Origin: Botryllus schlosseri | Lineage: Eukaryota | Reading direction: 5' to 3' | NCBI GenBank assembly: GCA_051294905.1 | Contig: CM119384.1 | Span: 11,966,001 to 12,030,000 of the forward strand | DNA: 64,000 nucleotides | Shown here: positions 1 to 12,200 of the stretch, piece by piece | Layout: the number at the start of each line of letters is the position of its first letter | How positions within the stretch are numbered: the first letter of the stretch is position 1 | Program-made: the position numbers and the translations under genes | Notes under the pieces: model-generated | The model's input: only the letters and a program-made list of their open reading frames with translations | The model's database searches: none | What the model was told of the DNA's origin: nothing

Positions 1-96
1 AACCACTTTATAAATACATAATTTGCTATTTCTACTGACTACTACTATATTTCTCTTGTGCCATTGAATAAATTTGCCATTTTTCATGCTTTTCAG

Positions 97-263
97 GGCA
101 AGAATGCTATTTCGAGTCCACCATGAGTGAATATTGGGGTGCAGCTTACATGCATGTAGCTGTGCATAGAGCATCAACAACCCTAACTGCAAGCCAATCA
201 GTCGATGCTAAAAACGAGATACAGTACATTGATTTTCATGCTGTATATGAGGATGAAACTCAG
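97..263 (+). CDS. PKHD1L1: PKHD1L1 exon, end of PA14-like region
   Basis: tttcag|...cag|gtggtt; QECYFESTMSEYWGAAYMHVAVHRASTTLTASQSVDAKNEIQYIDF aligns with recalled human KEYYIEILLQEY...DAVNEEQVI. Confidence 0.85.
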
Positions 264-3200
264 GTGGTTTATTCAACTTTAGACGACATCACTTGTGTTA
301 AAATTTGTGATGATTGCTAATTGACAGTTACCTAAATGTGGTCATCAAAGTCATTGGTCCTATAGAGTAGGAAACATTATTCTAAAATTTAAAGGGGCAC
401 TGCGCTCTAAAAATGATGTGATCTCAAATTGAAGGTAAAAACGAACAAAAATTTTTGGCCGCAGCCATTTCCTTCAGAACGCCACCGTAATGGAGCTGCA
501 ATTTATTAAAATTTCTACAAGACCAGCTGCCGCGGCTGCTTAACCCGTTACATGGCACGATATCTTCACCGTCGCACTTGCTCGACGCGATTAGGCAGTC
601 ACGTAGAGAACGAATTTTAGATAGTTGTCAGCCGATGTTATGAAGGAAATGTGTCTAAGTTTCGTTCTCTGTGTGACTCCCTTATCGCGTCGAGCAAGTG
701 CGACGATGAAGACATCGTGCCATGTAACGGGTTAAGCAGCCGCGGCAGCTGGTCTTGTAGAAATTTCAATAAATTGCAGCTCCATTACGGTGGCGTTCTG
801 AAGGAAATGGCTGCGGCCAAAAATTTTTGTTCGTTTTTACCTTCAATTTGAGACCACATCATTTTTAGAGCGCAGTGCCCCTTTAAGTACTGGTCATGGA
901 TTCTTAGACTGGCCAAAACTAGGGGAATTGGGGAACAGATTTGAAATGAACTTTGCTTGGGACATGTGGTAGACTTTCATTTGTCAAGTCCTTTCCTTGC
1001 ACCCAAAGTTACATGGTTTATTAATATTGCACTTACCAGTTCAAAATAACAAAAGATTGTGAAAATGTGAAAAGATTAGGAATCAACATAATGTGGTGAA
1101 GTCTTTCAATAAAGAAACATTGACTCCAGTAGTCAAGTTATATTCATAGAAACAAAATTTTTCTTGGGTAAGCTCTGGCACTGAGTGTTGCTACAAGACT
1201 CTATTTTGTACAATGGATATGAATTGTAAAAATATGCAATCAAAGGGTAAACAACGGTAATAGAACAAGCAAACTAGACACGACGAAGCAATTCACAGCG
1301 TAATCAGACAGTAGGTCGATTTTGCCGAGCCATACACATCTTACACTGCACACATGCCATCACATTTTCCTATTCATGTCATATCTGAAAATCTTACTTC
1401 TGCACCACACAAGGGATGACTCAACCATCTTTTTGATATACAGGTTCTTAATTTCACCGGGTGGTCGAGCCAAGTTGGAAATTCCGAAATTCAAGAAATC
1501 GTTGTCGAGCACACATGTATAGATTCAGGGTCTTGTCAATACGTCGGGTTTCGACTTGCCTACGAGGGAATCTTCACTCAGTTTATTCAGGCAGATGTAT
1601 GTAATGCAAGCTATGTAATATGATAATCGAGAAATTAGCTTACAGACAGACTGATTTTTATTTAATTAAAAAATAGATACATTGTTAGCACACACTGACC
1701 GAATACTTGACAGGCATCACAATCGGTAGTCAAAAATGCTTTAGAGGATATCTCAGAACTGGAAGACGAAGGAGTAGTGGTCACTGCGGTGAAGGCAGCA
1801 AGAAAGATGACATACACTATTGAGTTCAAAGAGAAGAGAGGCAGGTTATTTCTGATATTCGAGTTAAGCGAAGTTTTGACAAAAGTCCATTTCAGGAGAT
1901 TATTCCGCTCTTTCGTATAGCAAATATCCCAGTGATGTGCAGGATTTGTCTGTATTAATACAGGAAGTGAGCAAGGGCGTTTCGGAACAGAAGACGTTCA
2001 AGCTGAGGCTTGGTGGAAGGTCAGAAGAAATTTTCTTATGTTATTTACGCAATCCACTTCTGCATATATCTGCTAGTAAACTACAGATGAGAAACAATGG
2101 ATACGCTTGACTTTACAACGCCAAAGGCCTGCGGCCCACGGCAGACGATTAGTTAACACATGTATTGTAAGGCCCTAAACCTAAATTGGCGTCCAACGAT
2201 TCCAAAGGAATAAATATTGCCTACCGAGTAATTGCGATAAGCAGCATTTTAGATAGCAAGGATTTGTGAGTTTTTTGATATAGATACTCGAACAGTCGGA
2301 AATATGCTGAATCGACCAATAAATCATTTAATAGCTAGTAAATCAAGCGAAAAAATCGAAGTATATAGCCTATAACTACAACCAATTTCATGGTCATCCA
2401 AAAATGATTGCGAAATGCCTTTCAAATAAGTCTGATAGTAGTTCAATAATCTCAACCACATTCATTCAGTTAAGTCTGGAATGGTTAACTCATTTATAAG
2501 TGACTTTATGACTTCTCAGCGAAGATTGTTGGTTTGATTTTGAGTATCATCTTGGGAATTGAATACGATCAAACGCAAGTTGATATTGCAATCATAGTTA
2601 GGACTGTGGATTTGGGCAAGCACTGATGTAAAAAGATTAGCCGATGAGTCCAAGTGAAAAGAGTCCTATTTCTTTATATTGATTCAGTTCCTCCTACAAT
2701 TCATGCTTATTGTATTTTTGTACTGCGTCCCTTGGAATTAATAGACTTCCAATCTGTTTATGGATCTATACAGGTCAACACCTCCTATTTCTGAAACTTT
2801 CAATGAAGGCCAACTTCGTGATGCGCTCGACGCTACAAGAAATGCACACTGTCCAGACTTTATACTTCCAGACCGCCGCAAAAGTACAGTTGTGACAACA
2901 ATGGATTATGAAACAGCATATGGCGCTCAATATGGTCATCGAAAACTGGCAAGTCGTGTTATTAGATCCTTCCACTGTGTACTGTCAGTTAAAAACCTTG
3001 TGTTCTACCGGAGGTGCAACCAAGACAAGTTTCCATTGGCTTGTCAATAGTTTTTTCCTGCGCATGGCATTTGGAAATTGAAACCGCACTTTGAGAAGCC
3101 CTGGCTCATAATTGCGATTGGTTTTAAAAACCAGCTTGGTTACAGCTTGGGACTTCCTTTCAGGATGTTGAGCCATTTTGTGGCAGATATTCTAGTATGA

Positions 3201-6200
3201 ACAACGAGTACATATACTACAGTGGGTTGACATCGGATAATGAAGACTCGAAGCATTCAGCATTCAACGCTGCTACCAACAAATGGGTTTGTGGTTCATA
3301 TTTTTAGTATGAAGTAATGGAATATTTGCTGATTTTCAATGCTATTTGGAAAGTCTATGCGATACCAATTATTTTACGGGTTACAATGGATTAATGCTGT
3401 ATAATTTTGTTTTAGTGAAAGTAGTGACTTCACAGCCTGGCCAAAACTGTACAAATTGAAAGTACTCATATACAGGGTTGCAATGACTTGAGTCATGACT
3501 CGACTCGAGTCGCGATTTTTTGGTGAATCAACTTGTACCCGAGTCATTGCGCATGACTCAGACCAAGTCATATGACTCGAGACTGGGTCTACCAAGACAG
3601 GCATTTCATTGTAATTTCGAAGAATAGTAAAGCTATTACGCTATTATTTTTTCGTCTATCAGTAGCCTATTGGTACTTTAAAATGCAAACAGAAACTGTT
3701 AAAAGTGAGGAAAATTAGTATATTGTGAACGCGAAGGATTCGATATCACCGAGCAGAGTTGTAAAAAGGGGGTTTCACATGACATTAACTCGGAACTGAA
3801 CGGTCAACACAATGACTTGGATTCGGACTCGAGTCAAAACACTATGACTCGGACTCGACACTCTACTCCGTGACTTGGAGTGGGACTTGACTCGGTAATT
3901 GAAAATGACTCGATTTGACTCGAGTCAAAACTATAGAAGTGAGATTGACTTCTGACTCGGAACCTTGTGACTTGGTTACAACCCTGCTTGTATGATTACA
4001 GCTTTACTGTGACAGTGAGATGGTGTCATTGCTGGTTATCTGATATGGAAATGTTATTTATGAAAGCTCTAAACTACTTTCTATTTGAACAATTGGAAGT
4101 ATGTAGAGAAGGTGTGGGTGATTTGCTGACAACTACTTGGATAGAAGTACTTAGTTACGTAACGATGTGATCGCGTATGAAGATATACAGCAGTGGTTCT
4201 TAACCTTGCTCCCAGCGCCCCCCAGGGGGCGCTGGTGATTTTGAAGGGGGGCGGAAACGCTCAGGGGGCGATATGGGGGGCGCTGGGCTCAGGGGGGCGG
4301 TAAGGGGGGCGCTGGAGAAAATGGCTTCGCAGTAGATGATGTGGTGATAGGACATATCTTTAATGAGTATTCAGAGCAAATTAACACCGAAAACTTCGTT
4401 ACATATAGCCTTCAAAATACATATAGGTTTAATTGTCCATGGGCGCCTAAATGACTGACACCGAATGTTCCTGTCTTGGCAATCTGAACCCCAGAAGACG
4501 AATTCCATCTGGCAGGGAAAAGTTATATGTCAACGAAGAAATACCAATCGGAAATGGTGTGCGTCTTTTAGTTTAGTATGATTGGGCGACAGTGATATTA
4601 CTGCTGGGCGATATCCCTGTTGAGCGATTCTATATTTTTTGATATTGCAGACAGGGGGTCACGAAATAACATCATGCAACGAAGTCATACCAACGGGTTC
4701 GCCCGCCCGAATATGTTTAATTATTAGTATCGGGCCCTACAGTATCCAAGAAACCTCACAATGTTCGCTTTAGGTTTTGATGAGTCTGTGCACACTCAAC
4801 AACTCACTGCGCTGACCCTTGGTCAACAGTGCGCAACGACTAAAAAAGGTAAAACTCCGGATTTGTTGTGCGCAACGTAGATTTTCAGTGCGCAGAGACC
4901 GTGTCAGCACTGCGCACGTGCGCAGCTTAGAAGGAACATTGCACTTCACTCAGCTCTACCGGTAAATGTGTATACGTGAGCAGAGAGAGGATAAAAATTG
5001 ATCTCAATTTACATGCAATTCCCGATGATATTGACCAATTCAATCATTAATTAGTGAAATTTTTCGCACTTCGCGCGACTAGGCGAGAATAGCTGCCTCA
5101 GCAAATGGACACCCAATGTAGATACCTAATAGGCTATCAGCAAATAGCGGAAAGCCTAATGGGGGTCTGGGAGGGAAGTCCCTCGGAAGTCTGGTTTATC
5201 ACCCGATGGGGGCCCAGGACCAACGTTTTTTGTTTGGGTGGGGGGGGGGACTGACGAAGTGCTGTTACGGCCCTGGTAACGAATAATTGTAGCTGTGGGC
5301 ACGCCCAAATATGTTTAATTATTAATTATGTGCCCTTTATTTTACTATACAACAGCTCACTCAGTGCTACTGGTAAATCTGATTGCGTGGGCTGAGAGGA
5401 TAAAAAGTTTATAGCGACTTATATATGTAATTACCACCTATTAATTCATGTATTATGGAAAATTTTGGTACCTAGGGCGACCATTCCACACAAACTTTGC
5501 CGACCATCAAAATCACGATATGGGGTTCGTGGGGGCGAAGCCCTCAGAAGTTCGGTTTATCACGCTATGGGTGCGCAAGGCAATCATTTTTAGGGAGGTT
5601 GACGAAGTACTGTTACGGCCCTCCCTCTTACTCATTGTCTTTATTACATTCCTTACAATATGAAGTTGGGGGGGGCGCTTGAGCACGATAATTTTTGAAA
5701 GGGGGCGCTGGAAGAAAAAAGGTTAAGAACCACTGATATACAGTATTTCTTATAATAAGAGTTATGAAGTTGCTCAGATTTGATCTTCGAGCAGGTACTA
5801 TTTGATTTAGATTTTCAAATTATAAATGGGTCAGATTTTTCAAGTACTGATGTAAATAGTACTTAAAATCAGTATATGTAACAAGTGCCGTTTCGAAGGT
5901 ATGGCATTGTTTGTCTCGTAATAAGATTCTTCATCTTCATGACTTAGTATGGCACTAATTTTTTTACTCGATTCGGCCACTGATTTCAAATAGTGATACA
6001 TTCAGTAATTGATGTGAGAATTTTTATCCTTACAACAATTCAGCTGTGTCTAGCCCATCGTGGCTTATGGAGTGACAATTTGCATCTTTCCGGGACATTC
6101 AAATCTGATTCTTATACATATTCTGCGACATACTCTTTCAAAAATCCCCTTCAAACTCACGAAACGGAATGGAGGTATTCCTGCATTGATTTAATGGCGG

Positions 6201-9200
6201 TGAGTTCCCTGAGGTATATAGCATCACACTTTGTTGAGATCTTTTCGTCATTCAGATTATCCGCGAACGTAGCGGTTTCAACGGCGTGTATGATGTTACC
6301 ATAACTGTGATTCGACTCTTGAGAAGTGATAGAAGTCAAGCGAATTATATTGATGCAGTCACTATCGGAAGTGCAAAAGTCACCGATGATGTTGAAGGTA
6401 TAAAGTTATGGCTCATTGCGATTATATATTGAGTAATCCCAAGTTGTACTTTCAAAGGTATACTTGGATCACGGACGCCACCTGCCTTAGCAAACGGTCA
6501 TCCCATTGAGAGTGTATCTGTGACGAAAGCCAATGATTTGTACACTGTTAGAATTGATACCTATCATTGTGGGGATCAGCTTCCCTTGATCACGGTATAT
6601 TGCTGAATGCTTACATTGCTCGGTTAAAATGATGACATTGTACCCTATACTGTTCCATCAGTTGTTATATCGGTGCGGCATATGTTTATGTTTGATTCAG
6701 CTTTGTGTAACATTGTTTGATATATCACTATCAGAAACGGAGCAGAATGTATCCTGAATCGTTTGATCTGGAAGATACCTGTTGCCATTTACTCTTACAA
6801 AACTAGTCTTCAATATTCCAAAACGATATGGATGTTTGAAGACAGTATGTCGCAGATAGTGATATTGGATACCTAAATCTCAGCTATATTGGCTTTAAAC
6901 GTTGTATTTACGGTTTTGTAAGTAAGTTATGCTGCTGCACCAGGCAATTACAATCATTTTCATCCTCTACTTCCCAAGGCCGTTCCTCCTACATCCTTTG
7001 GTGTTGAGTATGGTAATTCATATGTTATAGATGCCATATTGAAATATTCTCACTCCGATGTTTATGTAGTTCAAATTTGGTTGATTTCCTTGCGGTTATT
7101 CATTATTTCGAGTCACTCTCATCACTTTCTTAACTTTATCCAGATGCTTGGTGTGGATGGTTTCAAGTCAGAGCGAACTGTAGCTGGCACCAAACCAATG
7201 TCAGGCTACTTTGACATCACGGTGAATTTGCATGACGAGGAATACAATGTGACAGGTTTGTATTGGTACTGAACTAAATCTGATGTTCTAATAATTGTCG
7301 TAATGGACAACACCAAGAGAATAGTTCGTTTCTCTCTTGAAGTATAAGCTTTTATCATTTGAATGACTACATTCCAATGTCTTAATGATATATACAATAT
7401 AACATACAGGTACTTCAATAATCCCAATCCCGTTATTCAAATCTGAAACCTTGCTCATTGCTCAGCTTTGATCTGCTTATATATATAAACATATTGTGTT
7501 TTAAATCATGTTGATTGATTCTTGGTATTATTTTCCATATTTACTAAGTAATTGTATTGATAGATTATATTATAATTTCGTAACCTATTTTTCTATTGTG
7601 AGGGGCTGTAGTTGACCTAATGATGGTGATTCACTTGACTGCAGTTATGTAATCATTTTTTTTCATCGCATTTCTTCATACTAGCAGTTGATACGATAAC
7701 TAAATATACTTGTTTTACCAATTGATTAATTGCTGTAAACTCCTGATACTACAATGTATTACATAGTAAAATGTACTTAACGTGACGTACAGATATTCCT
7801 GTTAACACATCAAGTGAAAATTTCGTAAATCGATTGCAATCCGAGTTGCCGGGATTCGGAGAGGCCAAAGTGACAGTACACGGAGGATGCCACGCGAAAG
7901 ATTATAGAATTGAATGGCTGTCTAATGCCGGAGACAAGCCCGAGATACAAGTATGTTGGGAATCTATCTACTAATTGCGAACGATGCATTATAACATTTA
8001 TGTGAAACGTTAGAAAGGGTTAGAAAGCTGGAAAAAAATTATTCAATCCACAATGAATACATAACAGTTTATCATGTGTGCAGGTACATATGCATGATGT
8101 TGTGGGTGCGTCCGATATAACAGCTAAAGTGCACACAAGACAAAATGGCGGCATACTTCACAACCCGATATCTGGAGATATGTTGCGACTGGCGTATGAT
8201 CGACCGCAGGTAACCTGCACTGAATACATGTTAATTATTTTCAGTGTGTTGATGTAGCTTTTCTTTTTAGGTTGAAGTTTTTGTCAATGGATATCCTTCG
8301 AAATGTGTCGGATCATGTGATTTTATTACTGCAGAAAAAGCGACACCGATTATTTCCAAGATTTCTCCTGATTCAGGTGACATACATTTCATACCATTGT
8401 ATGGTAATACATTTATTCTTCATGTGCAATATTCGCCTTTCTTGGAACGGCTTGAGTATTGAGTTGGTTGACTTGTGGGAAAAGAGCTTAATTCGAGCAT
8501 TAAAGTTCATTGCCTTGAGTGCTTTTTTCACTTTGGACAAACATGAAACCTTATATGAACTGAACAATGTTAAGAAGAGGACTAGATTTTATCAATGACT
8601 TGAAATATTGTTTGCTATTCAGGCTCTTTTCATGCTCAAACAAGTGTAACAATCACCGGAACCAATCTTGGAATTGTCGGATCGACAAATACTACAGTTA
8701 AAATTGGAGACTGCGATTGTTCCGTCACAAGAAACTCAAACACAAGCATAATTTGTGATGTATATTGTGCTCCACCTAAGTCGCCTGTCCTTGCATGTAA
8801 AGTTTTGAAATCTCGGCAGATTATGTCGGGTACTCTCGGGACTTACAACCTGACGGTAAATGTGGGTGGAAAAGGTCTAGCAAGAAGAGAGTCACAGTCA
8901 GCATCGTTGTTGTTCACCATCGACGGTTCAATAGATTCGATTAGTCCAAATTTTGGCTTCAGAACAGGTTTTGAATGATGTTGTGCTGTGTTGATATTTT
9001 TGCTCATTAGGTTTTTTGTTTGACAGGAGGTACAATTGTAAGGATTTCGGGATATGGATTTTCTGGAAACACAGTTTTCAATTTTGGATCCTCGCCTTGT
9101 AGAGTTATCAGTGTGACCTCTACTACTGTTGTATGCTCAACTCCCGAACACAAAAATGAGAGTGTGGTGACAGGTAAATCATCTTGGTACAGTTCTGTTT

Positions 9201-12200
9201 TGCGTTGATAGCATTCATGACTATTTGTGGCACAGAATTCAAATGGCAATGCACTATAAGACGCAAAATTAATAACTTCTTATCGCTATGTGTGTGCTCA
9301 TTAATATCATGTGTTTACTTGTATGTTTTTCATGCATACTATGCAGGCCTCAGATAATGATCTTGACTGCTTCAAGCGGCTGTCATGTGTACATGTATTA
9401 ATAGGAAGTGCTATTTCTTCACAGTCAGTGTCTATGATGACGAGATAAGTCTGGGGACTGCATCGTTCAGCTACATTGCAGCACAGGCCAATGTGACCTC
9501 CATCACACCTACTGTATCTACACTTGCTGGTAAGATAGCAGGGATGAGGACTGACCTTGGCTTGAAATAAATGCTTGTGATATTTCTCAGGTGGGCACAA
9601 TCTCACAATAGACGGCACAAACTTTACGGGAGTTGGCATTGCTGTCAATGTCGGCAGCAAGCAATGTGAGATATTGGAGTCTTCCGATGACAGAATTGTA
9701 TGCAGACTGCCGTCTGCCCCGGCCGGAAAGTATGATGTGAGGGTCATATTTGATGGAAAGGGCTATGCGGACAGGTGAATAGAAATAATCCTTTTTTAGT
9801 TGAATCATACAAAGCCTAATTTAGTTCATAAATTCGGATTCATTGTGAAAAAAGTTTGTGTCATCGCAATTTGCTTCCAGTCTTGACCCAGATTTATTAG
9901 TTTGCAAATTAGCTTTTTGCCTAATATTCTCCAAGACGTGGAAACAAAGACTGTCATTCACTCAATGCCTTCACCAGCTGACACATTTCATGGGTTACTG
10001 TCAGCTATAATACACAAATTCAGAATAAAACTTTGTTAACAACAATTGCGATCACCAATTATGTCGTCACACAAAATAAAATTTTGAATTCACAAATACG
10101 AGGGACAAATGAAATAGACACAAGGGCATGAGCAATTTTCAAAGGATAAACGAATTCCTTTTGAAGACTCTAGACTAGGTTGACATTGTGGACTCAAAAA
10201 AAATGACGGAACTAGATTGCAACCCTTAGTCAAAATAGGGAACATATCCTCTCAGTAATTAGCAGCACATATCAGATGTTCAAGCAAATATCTACCATTT
10301 GTATAGAAATGAGCCACGACTGCATTTGAAGGCTCGCTGATTATTCTGGTGCCAATTGGGTATGTAAGACATGATGGATGGTAGAACATGCTGTTTTATG
10401 CGATCTTGAACTACTTATATAACCGTTAATAAACAAGATTCACTTATAATTAAACTTCTAACCTACTTATTTAAAAAAATTTGGTTCACAAAGTATCTTG
10501 CATCATGCAAAGGTGTTTCTCTAACATTGAAAAGCTACTAAATTCCTATCATCATCATGCATTGCTTCAATCACACAGCGTAAAGTCAATTGACTACATT
10601 TTGCAAGTGGATGGTGTATCCCCTCTGACCGGGTCACGGAATGGGGGAAATGAAATCACAGTTACGGGTTCGGGATTTGTAGAAGGCAATACCTTGGTAT
10701 GTATGCTTCTGATTTGTGGTATAACTGGCAGGTTTGATTGCACTTGGCGTTGATCCTGGATAAAGTAGGCTGTGGCGTTACCCTTTTAAAAGTGTTGTAA
10801 GATTTCACTCGAGCAGCCATGGTATCTCAATGGGATGAATCCCGGTTTGCATGTGAAACCAGTGCTGGGTAAAGCCTGGGTGAAAGGGCTGCACTGATCT
10901 GCAGTGGCAACCTACAATCGGTAGAAGAAGAAAGACTCTCTCACCATAAACTGACCCGAGTGAAGGTAGATGTTGGGGTTTCCAGTGAAAGACAAAACTT
11001 TTCTGAGGCTAACCAAAACACGGGTCGTGTTGTAGTCATCCAAGTGATTCAAAAAGTATCTCAAAAGGATGTATGCCTATGAAGTTTTACGACCTTACTT
11101 ATTGTATAAAGTGTAATGGCTGCAATTTCGAGCAGTTATTTGGGCTTCTGATTCATAATGTTTAGACAGTCTTTTGGCTCTGAAAAGTGTTGAAGCTGAC
11201 CTAATCTAAAAATAAAACATCCAAATATGCCACCCTATCAGAAAAACATAACTGGAAATTTCGCTTCTCTTTTGATAAATGTTTCTATCGCCTTGATGAT
11301 CTTTTTCTTAGTCTCTATGCATGAAGAAAGAGGGCTACACCTATATAGCAAGGTGGTCGATAGTGCGGTGGGTCGAAGTGATCTATTGTTTGGTTTTAAA
11401 ATCTTTCTGCAGACAATTTCTAGAATCACAAAGTGATTTATTGCTGTAGTCTGAAAATCTTGCCACAGGCCGCATCCAAAATATCTGGAATTTATATCTC
11501 CGCAGGTGAAAATTGGCGATTCTATTTGTTCAATTACATCGGTTACAGAGAACGAAATTGTGTGCTTGTCAGGACCTGTCACCAAAGTACACCTTGTCAC
11601 CAATGTCCGAAGTAACGCTGGTATGTGCTTGCTGCGATGTTAGCGGTTTTTAATCGTTTTGCATTTAATCTTGATTGCTGTTATCTTAGTTATTATTGTG
11701 AGATTGAAGCTAAGCAGGATAGTGTCAAAAAGATGAGTTTCAGACTTTTAATAGTGCAGTCTTAGTGCTGATAAATATATTTTTGCGATTGATTTATTCA
11801 TGAATTAATCCACCTAAGTATCTATTTTGTTACGCATCTCATCGCAGATGCAGGCTTTGAATGGAACCCTCTCGTGCTCCATGTGGAGACGGGCGATACT
11901 GTGATTTGGGAGTGGGAATTTCCTGGCGCAGAAGGAGGCTGGGAATTGGGGGCTCGCGTCTACACTATTGAGCATCCAAACAGCGATGTCTTTGACGGCA
12001 AGGGTTTTGAATCAAGCTCGGAGAAATCTGCTACAGGTGATTTACGTTGCGAGGGATTAGAAGACGTGCCAAAACTGCCGGACATGATTATGATTGATCT
12101 GATGCATTGACTGATCAATTACAGCTCAATTTTTGCACACAAAAGAGTATATCACATTATCTGGTTGTATTGCACCCGGTGCCTGGGGTGATCAAAGATT

